From an uncultured Fibrobacterota bacterium (GTDB taxonomy: Bacteria > Fibrobacterota > Chitinivibrionia > Chitinivibrionales > FEN-1185): a stretch of DNA of 64,000 bases. Each line of letters begins with the position of its first letter. Positions within the stretch are counted from its first letter, which is position 1. A program made the position numbers and the translations under genes. Below, piece by piece: positions 52,012 through 61,188 of this stretch. The stretch lies in NCBI GenBank assembly GCA_963753345.1, contig CAVWBU010000027.1:64001-128000 (forward strand). Reading direction: 5' to 3'. Below the pieces are notes generated by a model, which worked only from the letters and a program-made list of their open reading frames with translations, searched no databases and had not been told where the DNA came from.

Positions 52012-52303
52012 AATGCACCGCCGCGGATACATGAAATCATAATACCCCCTTGGTATGCTCTTGAGTTTATACTAATAACATGGTCCTGTCGGGCTTTCCG
52101 CTGAAAGGCGCAGCGGCACGCCCGATTTTTTGAAGCTTAAATATGAATACTTGAAGGATGCGATGTCAAGACAACTCATAGCTTGATAGCCATTAAATAT
52201 ATGGGCGTTTAAGGATGGTTATTACGCATCGGTACGGAATTTATTGCAGGCGCAAAAACTTGCGTTTGCACAGTCCGCGCCCATGGTCCTGTTGCCGAGA
52301 GGT

Positions 52304-52489
52304 TCAGGCAGGCTGTTCGTCGGCCTTCTTCTTGGCTTCCTGGATCTCGGTGCGGATTTCCTGGCAGATCTTCTTTATGCTCTGGAGGTTCTTTCGTGCG
52401 CGTGTTCCCGCCGACCTGTTGCCGCGCTCGAATTTCTCGTATTCCGCTTTGAGCAATTCTATTTCGTCAAAGAGTTTCTGAAGGCTCAT
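52304..52489 (-). CDS. Histone H1-like protein (Hc1 family, short form)
   Basis: KFERGNRSAGTRARKNLQSIKK motif; AAGGAG RBS; 61 aa. Confidence 0.85.
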   Translation of the reverse strand: MSLQKLFDEIELLKAEYEKFERGNRSAGTRARKNLQSIKKICQEIRTEIQEAKKKADEQPA

Positions 52490-52602
52490 TCCGTGCTCCT
52501 TTGTTGTGATGAAGTGGCGTTCCCGGATGCTAGGTAGTATACAAATTGCGCCGGGCCGGCGCACCAAAAAACTTCCAAAAGTGCCCGCAGCGGGCCGCGC
52601 TC

Positions 52603-53487
52603 CTAGAACCTCCTGTCGTACAAAAAATAGGAACCGGCCGGCACAAAAGTGTTTTGCAGGGCCGGAAACTTTTCCGCCAGCTCGCCGAAGAGAAGCCTGT
52701 GCAGGTAGGGCTCGCGCTTTTTCTTTTCGACGATCTCCGCCGAGGGCGAAACGTCGGCAAGCTTTCTCAGATAGTCGGCCGCGTCCTGCAGGCTTCCGAG
52801 CGTGTCCACCAGTCCGGAACGCAGCGCCTGCCGTCCGGTCATGATCCTCCCGTCCGCTATCGGCCGCAGCGAATCCGCGCTAAGGGAGCGGGCGCGGCAT
52901 ACGTCGGCGATGAACTGTTCATGAATATCCGTGAGTATGCCGGCAAACAGCTTTTTTTCCTCGGGCGTCATTTCACGCTGAGGGCTGCCCATGTCTTTCG
53001 CCTCGCCGGACTTGAGCACCTCCATGGAGATTCCCAGCTTGTCAAGGAGTTTGTAATACTTTGGGAAGCTGAAAATAACCCCGATGCTTCCCGTGATGGA
53101 GCCGGGGTTGGCAAAGACCCTGCGAGCGCCGCACGCGACATAGTAGCCGCCCGACGCCGCCACGTTGCCGAAGCTCGCGACGAGCGGCTTCTTTACATCA
53201 CGGAATTTCATCACCTCGTGAAATATTTCCTGCGAAGGGGCGACCGCTCCGCCCGGCGAATCAACGCGCAGTAACACGCCGGCAACAGACTCGTCCTCGC
53301 GAAGCGTGCGCAGCTGCTTCACCGCTGCGTCCGAAGAAAGAATGACGTCGGTGATCTCCACAAGGCCGATCTTCTTGAATGTTTTTCCGGGCAGTGATGA
53401 ACAGCCTGCAAGCATCGAAACAAACAGGCCGAGCGCCAGCGTCAGGCCGCGTAGGAAGGGCCGCGCGGTTCCGGGTGATTGAGTCAC
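52603..53487 (-). CDS. sppA: Signal peptide peptidase SppA (36K type), lipoprotein-like
   Basis: RVDSPGG, AASGGYY, TGSIGV, KSGEAKD, DGRIMTGRQA..GLVD; GTG overlaps the upstream stop. Confidence 0.92.
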   Translation of the reverse strand: MTQSPGTARPFLRGLTLALGLFVSMLAGCSSLPGKTFKKIGLVEITDVILSSDAAVKQLRTLREDESVAGVLLRVDSPGGAVAPSQEIFHEVMKFRDVKKPLVASFGNVAASGGYYVACGARRVFANPGSITGSIGVIFSFPKYYKLLDKLGISMEVLKSGEAKDMGSPQREMTPEEKKLFAGILTDIHEQFIADVCRARSLSADSLRPIADGRIMTGRQALRSGLVDTLGSLQDAADYLRKLADVSPSAEIVEKKKREPYLHRLLFGELAEKFPALQNTFVPAGSYFLYDRRF

Positions 53488-55661
53488 GGATTCTCCTTCT
53501 GCGCCGCCGTCGGCGCTCTGTTGGGTTTTGGGTCCGCCTCCGGGGGTTTCTTTACATAGGGGATTTTTATGAGGTCGCCCGGTTTGATGACCGTCGACGG
53601 GGACATGTTGTTCGCCCGCAGCAGGCTGGCCACGCTCACCGAAAATGATGCGGCGAGCGTATGCAAATTGTCGCCTTTGCAGACCCTGTAGAACAGCGTG
53701 TCGGGCTCGCGGAACCGCGCGTCGATGCGGCGTCCGGGTTTGTACAGAAGGGTCTGCCCGGAGAAAATCGCGGGATTGCCGGGGTTCATGCCGTTCCATG
53801 CGATCAAATCGCCCACCGAAACGGAAAGGAGGCGGGCAATGGAGAACAGGGTTTCACCTCTGCGCACGCGGTACTTTGCAAAGGGAGAATTGCCGCCGGG
53901 TGCGCCCTCCCCGGCATCGGCGGTCTGGGAAGACGCAGCCGGTTCAAGCCTTAGAATGAGGCACTGGCCTGCGTGCATCCGGCGGCTGGTGAGGTTGTTC
54001 CACGTGCATATGTCGTTTTCGCTGACGTGGAACAGCTCGACAAGGTCCTGGATAGTTTCGCCGGCCCGCACCTGGTAGCGGATGGTGCCGCCCCTGCCCG
54101 GCGCGGCATTATCGTGGGGTTCGCTCCTGGCGAGGTCGCGGGCGATTTCGTAGGCCTGGTCGGTTGACATATGAACTGGAATGGGAATAAGCACTCTCTG
54201 CCCGGTGGTGAGCCGGCAGCCGGTCCCGAGGCCGTTGATCGAAAGCAGCGCGTCCGGCGGGATTTTGAACTGTCGGGAAATGGCGGCAATGTTGTCGCCC
54301 TGTTTGGCGCGATAACCGTACCACTCGACGCGAAATGCGTCGGGTCTGCGCTCCATCAATTGTTCAAACCTGGCGCGTTTGTCGTTCGGCAGGTACATGC
54401 GCACCCGTGCGGGTAACGGCGGCGTGCACCAGTGCAGGATATGCGGATTCATCGACCGCAGGCGCTGGACCGGGATCCCGAGCGAATCCGCAACCGCCTG
54501 CAGGTTCATGCATTCGTCAATGAACACGGCGTCGAGATCGAAGGTGTCGCGCTGTGAAATGGCGTACCCGAAACACTCCGGGTTTTTTGCCACGATGAGC
54601 GCCGAAATAAATTCCGGGACATAGTTTGTTGTTTCGCGCGGAAGGGAAAGGCGCCAGTAACTGCCCGAGGGCGACCTGGCGAGCGCGCCGGTCACGCCGT
54701 TCTCGCCGCAATTGTACGCTGCAATGGCGAGCGGCCAGTCGCCGAACTGATTGAAAAGCTTCCGAAGATAGGATATTGCAGCTCCTGTTGACTGTAGGGG
54801 ATCGCGGCGTTCGTCAAGCCAGTAGTTTTTCCGCAGGCCGAATTTCGTTCCGGTCGAGGCAATGAACTGCCAGATGCCGCACGCGTGCCTGCGGGAGTAT
54901 GCGTTCGGGTCGAACCCGCTCTCTATAAGCGGCAAATAGGACAGGTCGGTGGGAAGGCCGCTGTCGGCGAACATGCGCTGCATGAACGGCTGGTAATACG
55001 CGGCCCTTGCGAGGCATTTTTCGAGAGACCCCTTCCTGCTGCGGGCGAAAAAACAGATGGAACGGTACACCCGGTCGTTCCACGTGATCGGAAAATTGTA
55101 GGATATTCCCTTCTGACAAGACAGCCTCTTGAGAACCGTGCTGTCGCTTTCGGAGAGCTTGAGCGTGTCGAGGGAGCGTGAAAGCTGCTTCTGAAACACG
55201 AGCATCGATATTTCGTCGGGAATACTGTCCGAATACTCCTCCGGCATGTCGTCGGCGTATATGCCGGCAGCTGTCCTGGAGTACGATTCCGTGTCGGCCC
55301 AGGTCCTGTCGTCGTCGGCTTTCTGACTGATAAGCGCAAGCGTTTTCCGCAGGAAGGCATGCGCTTCCCCGAAGCTGTCGGCTTTGCAGGCGTTTTTCGC
55401 GCTTTCCAAAAGGTACTCGATTTCCGGGTATTCCGGGGCATTTTCGGCCTGAAAGCCGTATTTGTCAATGAACCTGTCCGCGTCCACCACGGTGTCGCTG
55501 GAGGTGCCGCGGAGCTGGGGGGGTGCCTTTGAGGCCGAATCGGGTGCAAGGCTCACGGCGGGGCCGGAGCGGGTCGCGGCACCGGGAACGCATCCCACCA
55601 TTGCGATGCAACACCCGGCGAAAAGCGCGAAAAGAGACTTTGTCTGTGTGAGTGTCCGCAT
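53484..55661 (-). CDS. mltD: MltD-like lytic transglycosylase with LysM repeats
   Basis: LPLIESGF, GIWQFI, DERRDP, AAYNCGE, LPRETTNYVP; about 4 LysM repeats; lipobox-like MVGC. Confidence 0.9.
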   Translation of the reverse strand: MRTLTQTKSLFALFAGCCIAMVGCVPGAATRSGPAVSLAPDSASKAPPQLRGTSSDTVVDADRFIDKYGFQAENAPEYPEIEYLLESAKNACKADSFGEAHAFLRKTLALISQKADDDRTWADTESYSRTAAGIYADDMPEEYSDSIPDEISMLVFQKQLSRSLDTLKLSESDSTVLKRLSCQKGISYNFPITWNDRVYRSICFFARSRKGSLEKCLARAAYYQPFMQRMFADSGLPTDLSYLPLIESGFDPNAYSRRHACGIWQFIASTGTKFGLRKNYWLDERRDPLQSTGAAISYLRKLFNQFGDWPLAIAAYNCGENGVTGALARSPSGSYWRLSLPRETTNYVPEFISALIVAKNPECFGYAISQRDTFDLDAVFIDECMNLQAVADSLGIPVQRLRSMNPHILHWCTPPLPARVRMYLPNDKRARFEQLMERRPDAFRVEWYGYRAKQGDNIAAISRQFKIPPDALLSINGLGTGCRLTTGQRVLIPIPVHMSTDQAYEIARDLARSEPHDNAAPGRGGTIRYQVRAGETIQDLVELFHVSENDICTWNNLTSRRMHAGQCLILRLEPAASSQTADAGEGAPGGNSPFAKYRVRRGETLFSIARLLSVSVGDLIAWNGMNPGNPAIFSGQTLLYKPGRRIDARFREPDTLFYRVCKGDNLHTLAASFSVSVASLLRANNMSPSTVIKPGDLIKIPYVKKPPEADPKPNRAPTAAQKENP

Positions 55662-55852
55662 GAGGTTCTGAAATTCCCGGCACTACAGCGTTTCCGGCTT
55701 CGCTACCCGTCATCGTTAAAAATAACTCACCGCGGCCGGGTACGGCCGGATCGTCAAACGGCGTCAATCGTGGAAGCTGTGCAGTAGCCTTGCGGGATGT
55801 TCAATGTCTTCGTGCAGGAGGGGCGGGGTCGTCCATCTTGACAGAAGCGCTT

Positions 55853-56086
55853 TTAGACGCCTGCGCCGGCCATGATCTTATCGGCTTTCCGGTGCGGGGT
55901 CGGGGCGGCGGAGACGATGCTCTGCAGCATGTAGCCGTGTTTGGACCTGCAATCGGATATTGCGGCGCGCACATGGCCTTCCACATTGTGGAAGGTTGAG
56001 CCGCAATAGTTGACGAACATCCTTGTTTTTTTTGGGCAGGAATCGTAGTGAGGGCATTGCGAACAGGTAATCTTGAAAAGCTGCAT
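55853..56086 (-). CDS. Small Cys-rich hypothetical protein (77 aa)
   Basis: AGGAG RBS; CSQC-x5-C-x10-C; consensus promoter upstream. Confidence 0.75.
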   Translation of the reverse strand: MQLFKITCSQCPHYDSCPKKTRMFVNYCGSTFHNVEGHVRAAISDCRSKHGYMLQSIVSAAPTPHRKADKIMAGAGV

Positions 56087-56148
56087 TTTTATCTCCTGGT
56101 GGAGGAATACCGTCAACCATGATAGAGTTGTCAGCAATTCTTGACTTA

Positions 56149-56177
56149 AGTATAACTAACAACATATGGTATGTCAA
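56149..56177 (-). promoter_or_regulatory. Sigma70 promoter
   Basis: Minus strand TTGACA-17 nt-TATACT. Confidence 0.8.
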
Positions 56178-56204
56178 GTCTAAAATAGATACAACATATT
56201 GCGT
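56157..56204. promoter_or_regulatory. Tandem NrdR-box-like sites
   Basis: taaCAACATATGGtat (56157) and ataCAACATATTGcgt (56189), 32 bp apart. Confidence 0.65.
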
Positions 56205-56360
56205 TTTAGGTATCTTGTTGTTATTGAAGGACTTGGCGGGTCGGAATTCACCGATTTGTTTTATACCGGAATGAAAGAGGTAGCAAGGATCGTTCCGTAA
56301 ACTATTTTGTCAATATCAGCAGGGTCCAAATTTCCTTTGCGACTTCTAGGAAATACTGCC

Positions 56361-57530
56361 ATGAATCTCTGCCGCCGGTTTTCCTGTTTGTTGATCGTGA
56401 CGTGTGTAAGCAGCTCTTTTGCCGTCGGCCAATCCGCGGTAATTACTCTCGTGTTTCCCTCCGGTTCACGGTCGCTTGCAATGGGAGAAGTCGGGACTGC
56501 CCTGGCGGATGACGAAGACGTTCTGTTCTACAATCCGGCGGGGCTGGGGATTCCGAACAAGCGGTGGGACAAGGGTGCGGGAACGAATTTCTTTGAACAG
56601 TTGCTTCCCGCATTCAAGATTCCCGACTTGTGGCACGGCCATTCTGCGATACTGTATCAGCCCGAAAGTCCGCTGTATGGGGGATATGCCGTTGACCTCA
56701 ACTACCTAAATTTCGGTCTCAATACATCTACGGATGAACTAGGAAATGCAATTGCTCAGTACATGAGCTACGAATATGTTCTTTCCGCAGCCTGGGGGTT
56801 TTCACTTGAAGAAATCGGCATTCATAATCACTTTTTCGGCGTTGCGCTGAAACTTATCAATTCCGCTCTTGCGCCCGGCATTGGTCCAAACGGCCAAGGG
56901 ACTGCTATCTCCTATGCGGTTGATGTCGGATACATCTGGCGGTTTCTTCCGTATATGCGTTTCGGATTGACATTTGCAAACATGGGACCGTCGATACACT
57001 ACATCAGCCCCCAGGACGCTGATCCGATTCCTTTTACCATCAACCTTGCCTTGGCCTATAAAAACACATTCATGATAAAGAACTTTCATTTTCTTGACGT
57101 AAACGCCGAGGTGAGGGCCGATCGTGAAATAGTGAAAAATTACCCTGACAAACAGCCCGACCCGTTCTACGTTGCACTCTACACCGGTTTTCTCAACGAC
57201 ACGTCATCAACAACAAAGGAACAGTGGCAGGAAGTAAACTGGCATGCCGGCGCCGAGGTCACCTTCGCGAACACGTTTTCCCTCCGCAATGGATGGCTTA
57301 TTGATATCGCTGGAAGACGATACGAAACCCACCTAGGATTCGGGTTCCGTATTTATGACCATTTTCAATGGGACTTTTCCTATATATATTCTCCCGAAGG
57401 CTATATGAAGGGGTTGTTTACTTCCGACGGGTCTAACGGCGCACGCGACGGGCAATGGAGCACCAGCATTACCTTCTTCCGCGTGGGAAGCTGGTCATCC
57501 ACAGACGGCAAATGGTTTCTCAAGCCGTAG
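56361..57530 (+). CDS. PorV/PorQ-family outer membrane protein
   Basis: Signal peptide; GSRSLAMGEVGTALADD..FYNPAGL; paralog of 41928..44315. Confidence 0.85.
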   Translation: MNLCRRFSCLLIVTCVSSSFAVGQSAVITLVFPSGSRSLAMGEVGTALADDEDVLFYNPAGLGIPNKRWDKGAGTNFFEQLLPAFKIPDLWHGHSAILYQPESPLYGGYAVDLNYLNFGLNTSTDELGNAIAQYMSYEYVLSAAWGFSLEEIGIHNHFFGVALKLINSALAPGIGPNGQGTAISYAVDVGYIWRFLPYMRFGLTFANMGPSIHYISPQDADPIPFTINLALAYKNTFMIKNFHFLDVNAEVRADREIVKNYPDKQPDPFYVALYTGFLNDTSSTTKEQWQEVNWHAGAEVTFANTFSLRNGWLIDIAGRRYETHLGFGFRIYDHFQWDFSYIYSPEGYMKGLFTSDGSNGARDGQWSTSITFFRVGSWSSTDGKWFLKP

Positions 57531-57678
57531 AAAACCGCACCCTGCCCGGTATTTTTATTGCCTCACAATAAAGAACTCTTTTATATTTGAACGTCTTGTC
57601 CTTACCCGGCGGCGGCGTTGCCGTCTTGTGCTTTCGGAAATCAGTCTACTGCACGTTGCGTTGCACATCGGAGGATGC

Positions 57679-59769
57679 ATGAAGAAGTACGAGGCCGGTT
57701 CGATTCGAAACGTCTGCCTTCTTTCACACGGCGGCGTGGGGAAAACGTCCCTTCTTGAGGCCGCCTGTTTCACATCGAAAGGCACCGCAAAGCTTAACAA
57801 AGTCAACAACGGCACCAGCATCTTCGACTCCCGACAGGATGAGAAAGACCGCAAGATGACCATCGCCATGAAGCTCGGGTTCTGCGAATGGAACAATACC
57901 AAGATCAATTTTCTCGATACACCGGGATTCCTTGACCTCCAGGGAGACGCCAGAGCCGCGTTGAGGGTCGTGGAGTCTGCGGTGATCCTGGTGAGCGCGC
58001 TCGACGGCGTACAAGTAGGGACCGAGCTCGTTTCTCGGTTCGTGGAAGAGGCGAAAATGCCGAAGCTATTTTTTGTCAACGGCATGGACAAGGACAACGT
58101 TGATTTTGAGAAGACCCTGGTCGCACTCAAGGAGACCTACGGCACGTCGGTGGCGCCGCTGGCGATCCCCATGGGAACGGGCGCCTCGTTCAAGGGCGTT
58201 GTCGATCTTGTCAATAAGGAGGCGTTCGAATACGCCCGTGAGGGCAATGGGATCGGCAAGAAAGTGGAAATCCCGTCCGAGCTTTCCGCGAGAGTGGACG
58301 CGCTCCGGTCATCGCTCATGGACGCGGTGGCCGAAACCGACGAAGCCCTGATGAATAAGTACTTTGAAAAAGGCGAGCTCACGCTTGACGAGCTGAAACA
58401 GGGGCTTGCAAAAGGGTTCCTGGACGGTACCGTTGCCCCTCTGCTCAGCGGAAGCGCCACGCTCAACATGGGCACCGATGTTCTGCTTACCACTATCGCA
58501 AATGTGTGCCCGTCGCCGCTGTCGCGCACGGACGTCGAAGTGATAGCGGGCGACGAGAAGAAGACGATCCAGGTTTCCGAGTCGATGCCCGTCTCCGCGT
58601 TCGTTTTCAAGACGCTCTCCGAGGAACACATCGGCGATTTCAACTGTGTGCGGGTGTTTACCGGGAAACTCGCCATGGGAAAGGACGTCCAGAACCTTAC
58701 GCGCGGCTCGTCGGAGCGGATCAGCAACATGTACTTTCTGCGCGGCCACGAACGCACCGACACGCCGGAAATAGGGTTCGGTGACATCGGTGCGCTGCTC
58801 AAGATGAAGGACACGCACACCAACGATACGCTCGCCGACAAGGGCGTGCCATATGTATTCCCTCCTATCAAGTTTTCCGAGCCCCTGGTGAACGTTGCGA
58901 TCACCTCGAAAAACAAGGGTGATGAGGACAAGATAGGGCTGGGGTTCGTAAAATTGCACGAAGAGGACCCGACGTTCGTCTACAAGTATCATGGCGACAT
59001 CAGACAGTCGGTTCTGTCGGCGATGGGCGACATTCACATCGACATCATTCTGACCAGCCTTAAGCACCGATTCAAGGTTGAAGTCGAAAAGAAACAGCCG
59101 AAAATTTCGTATCGCGAGACGATAACCAAGGCCGTCAAATACGTGGAGTATTCGCACAAGAAACAATCCGGCGGCGCCGGGCAGTACGCCAAGGTCGCGA
59201 TCGACATTGAGCCGCTGCCCAGGGGATCGGGGTACGAATTCGTCGACAAAATCGTCGGCGGCGTCATCGATCAGTCGTTCCGCCCCAGCGTTGACAAAGG
59301 CGTACACGCCAAGCTCGAAGAAGGTATTGTGGCCGGATATCCGATCGTTGACGTTCGCGTGTACCTTGTCGACGGCAAGACGCACCCGGTCGACTCCAAG
59401 GACATAGCGTTTCAAATTGCGGGACGGGAAGTGTTCAAGATCGCGTTCGAACAGGCAGGTCCCATTCTGCTTGAGCCCATTTGCGACATGCGAATCACCG
59501 TGCCCGACGATTACACGGGAGACGTAATGGGAGACCTCTCATCGCGCCGCGGAAAGATCGGCGGCATGGAGCCTGAGGGAAAGTTCCAAAGCATCGTGGT
59601 AAAAGTGCCCGAGGCTGAAGTACAGAATTACTCACAAGCGCTTCGTGCGCTTTCGCAGGGCAGGGGTTACTTCTCAAAGGCCTTTTCGCACTATGAGCCG
59701 GTTCCCACGGAAGTGGCGCGAAAAATCATTGAGGCTTCACGGCAGACGGCTCAGGAAGTCAAGGAATAA
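57679..59769 (+). CDS. fusA: Elongation factor G-like protein (EF-G2)
   Basis: IRNV..SHGGVGKT, DTPG, EEDPTF, MGDIH, YRETI, KKQSGGAGQY, HPVDS, LLEP; not in the str operon. Confidence 0.93.
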   Translation: MKKYEAGSIRNVCLLSHGGVGKTSLLEAACFTSKGTAKLNKVNNGTSIFDSRQDEKDRKMTIAMKLGFCEWNNTKINFLDTPGFLDLQGDARAALRVVESAVILVSALDGVQVGTELVSRFVEEAKMPKLFFVNGMDKDNVDFEKTLVALKETYGTSVAPLAIPMGTGASFKGVVDLVNKEAFEYAREGNGIGKKVEIPSELSARVDALRSSLMDAVAETDEALMNKYFEKGELTLDELKQGLAKGFLDGTVAPLLSGSATLNMGTDVLLTTIANVCPSPLSRTDVEVIAGDEKKTIQVSESMPVSAFVFKTLSEEHIGDFNCVRVFTGKLAMGKDVQNLTRGSSERISNMYFLRGHERTDTPEIGFGDIGALLKMKDTHTNDTLADKGVPYVFPPIKFSEPLVNVAITSKNKGDEDKIGLGFVKLHEEDPTFVYKYHGDIRQSVLSAMGDIHIDIILTSLKHRFKVEVEKKQPKISYRETITKAVKYVEYSHKKQSGGAGQYAKVAIDIEPLPRGSGYEFVDKIVGGVIDQSFRPSVDKGVHAKLEEGIVAGYPIVDVRVYLVDGKTHPVDSKDIAFQIAGREVFKIAFEQAGPILLEPICDMRITVPDDYTGDVMGDLSSRRGKIGGMEPEGKFQSIVVKVPEAEVQNYSQALRALSQGRGYFSKAFSHYEPVPTEVARKIIEASRQTAQEVKE

Positions 59770-59791
59770 CGGTCATTGTGAACCAGGGCAG

Positions 59792-59827
59792 GCAGAAGGG
59801 GCGATTGCGGATCGCCCCTTGCATTTT
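59792..59827 (+). terminator. Intrinsic terminator
   Basis: AAGGGGCGAT-tgcgg-ATCGCCCCTT followed by a T tract. Confidence 0.7.
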
Positions 59828-59887
59828 GGACGGGCGAATTAATGCGGCCACATTGAACGGTTGAGGTCGGAAGAAAGCGGTTTGCAT

Positions 59888-60931
59888 ATGCCACGTCTTA
59901 AGACCATTGAATGGACCGACAATTGCGCACGCATCGTTGACCAGACGCAACTACCAGGCGCGCTTGTCTACAAGGACATCCGTTCGTCGGAAGAGATGTT
60001 CACCGCAATAAGGACGTTGCAGATCAGGGGTGCGCCCGCCATCGGTGTGGCGGCCGCGTTCGGCGTGTATCTCGGAATCCGCGACATTCCCGAATCGGTT
60101 TCTCTCCCGGTGTTTGCATCGGAACTCAAAAAACAGGCCAACCGTATTGTCGCATCGCGCCCCACCGCCGTCAATCTGCCGTGGGCGGTCGGCAGGATGC
60201 TGCGTCGCGCGGCGGCTCAGACGGGCGCCGGCATTGCCGAGATCAAAAGGTCTCTCCTTGACGAAGCGCAGAACATTCTGGAAGAAGACCGCCGTATGTG
60301 CCGGGCGATCGGCGAATTCGGGTTTGAACTTGTCAAGGATTCCAGGGCCGTCCTCACGCATTGCAACGCGGGCGGTCTTGCCACCAGCGAGTTCGGCACT
60401 GCGCTCGCCCCGGTGTATGTCGCCCAGGAAAAAGGCAAGCTCATCCGCGTGTACGCGGACGAGACGCGGCCGGTTCTCCAGGGTGCCCGCTTGACTGCGT
60501 TCGAACTCATGGCCGCGGGCATACCGGTTACCTTGATTTGTGATAATATGGCGGCCACGGTCATGGCACGCGGCCTAATCGACGCGGTGGTGGTCGGCGC
60601 CGACCGCATAGCGGCGAACGGCGACACCGCAAATAAGATAGGAACGTATGGCCTGTCGCTGCTGGCAAAGGCTCACGGCATTCCGCTGTACGTGCTTGCC
60701 CCTTCCTCGACATTCGACCGCTCGCTTGCCACCGGGCGGGAAATTCCCATCGAGGAACGGCCGGCGGAGGAAATAACCTGCGGTTTTGGCCCAAGAATCG
60801 CCCCGGAAAACGTGGCCGTATTCAATCCCGCGTTTGACGTAACCCCCTCCAAGTTTATTTCCGCCATTGTCACCGATAAGGGAGTGATCATGCCGCCGTT
60901 CGCGGAAAATATAGCAAAGGTCCTGGCCTGA
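59888..60931 (+). CDS. mtnA: S-methyl-5-thioribose-1-phosphate isomerase
   Basis: DQTQLP, IRGAPAIG, SRPTAVNL, THCNAGGLAT, DETRP, GADRIAANGDTANKIGTY, NPAFDVTP. Confidence 0.96.
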   Translation: MPRLKTIEWTDNCARIVDQTQLPGALVYKDIRSSEEMFTAIRTLQIRGAPAIGVAAAFGVYLGIRDIPESVSLPVFASELKKQANRIVASRPTAVNLPWAVGRMLRRAAAQTGAGIAEIKRSLLDEAQNILEEDRRMCRAIGEFGFELVKDSRAVLTHCNAGGLATSEFGTALAPVYVAQEKGKLIRVYADETRPVLQGARLTAFELMAAGIPVTLICDNMAATVMARGLIDAVVVGADRIAANGDTANKIGTYGLSLLAKAHGIPLYVLAPSSTFDRSLATGREIPIEERPAEEITCGFGPRIAPENVAVFNPAFDVTPSKFISAIVTDKGVIMPPFAENIAKVLA

Positions 60932-60935
60932 GCAT

Positions 60936-61148
60936 ATGGTGCAGGGAACGGTGAAATGGTACAATGAAGGCCAGGGGAGAGGGGTCGTCATTTCTGATTC
61001 GGACAACGCTGAGGTTTCCGTGGCGTGTTCCGATATCGCGGCCGAAGGCTTCAAGATTCTTTTCGAAAATCAGCGGGTGATGTTCGATGTTGTTTTGACC
61101 TCAAGGGGCCCGGCGGCGAGGAATCTTGTGCTGTCCGACGGAGAGTGA
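60936..61148 (+). CDS. Cold-shock domain protein (degenerate RNP motifs)
   Basis: GTVKWYN...EGFKIL..NQRVMF...RGPAARN. Confidence 0.8.
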   Translation: MVQGTVKWYNEGQGRGVVISDSDNAEVSVACSDIAAEGFKILFENQRVMFDVVLTSRGPAARNLVLSDGE

Positions 61149-61188
61149 CGCGACCACGCAACCGGCTGTGCCGTTCCGCGCCTGTGTC

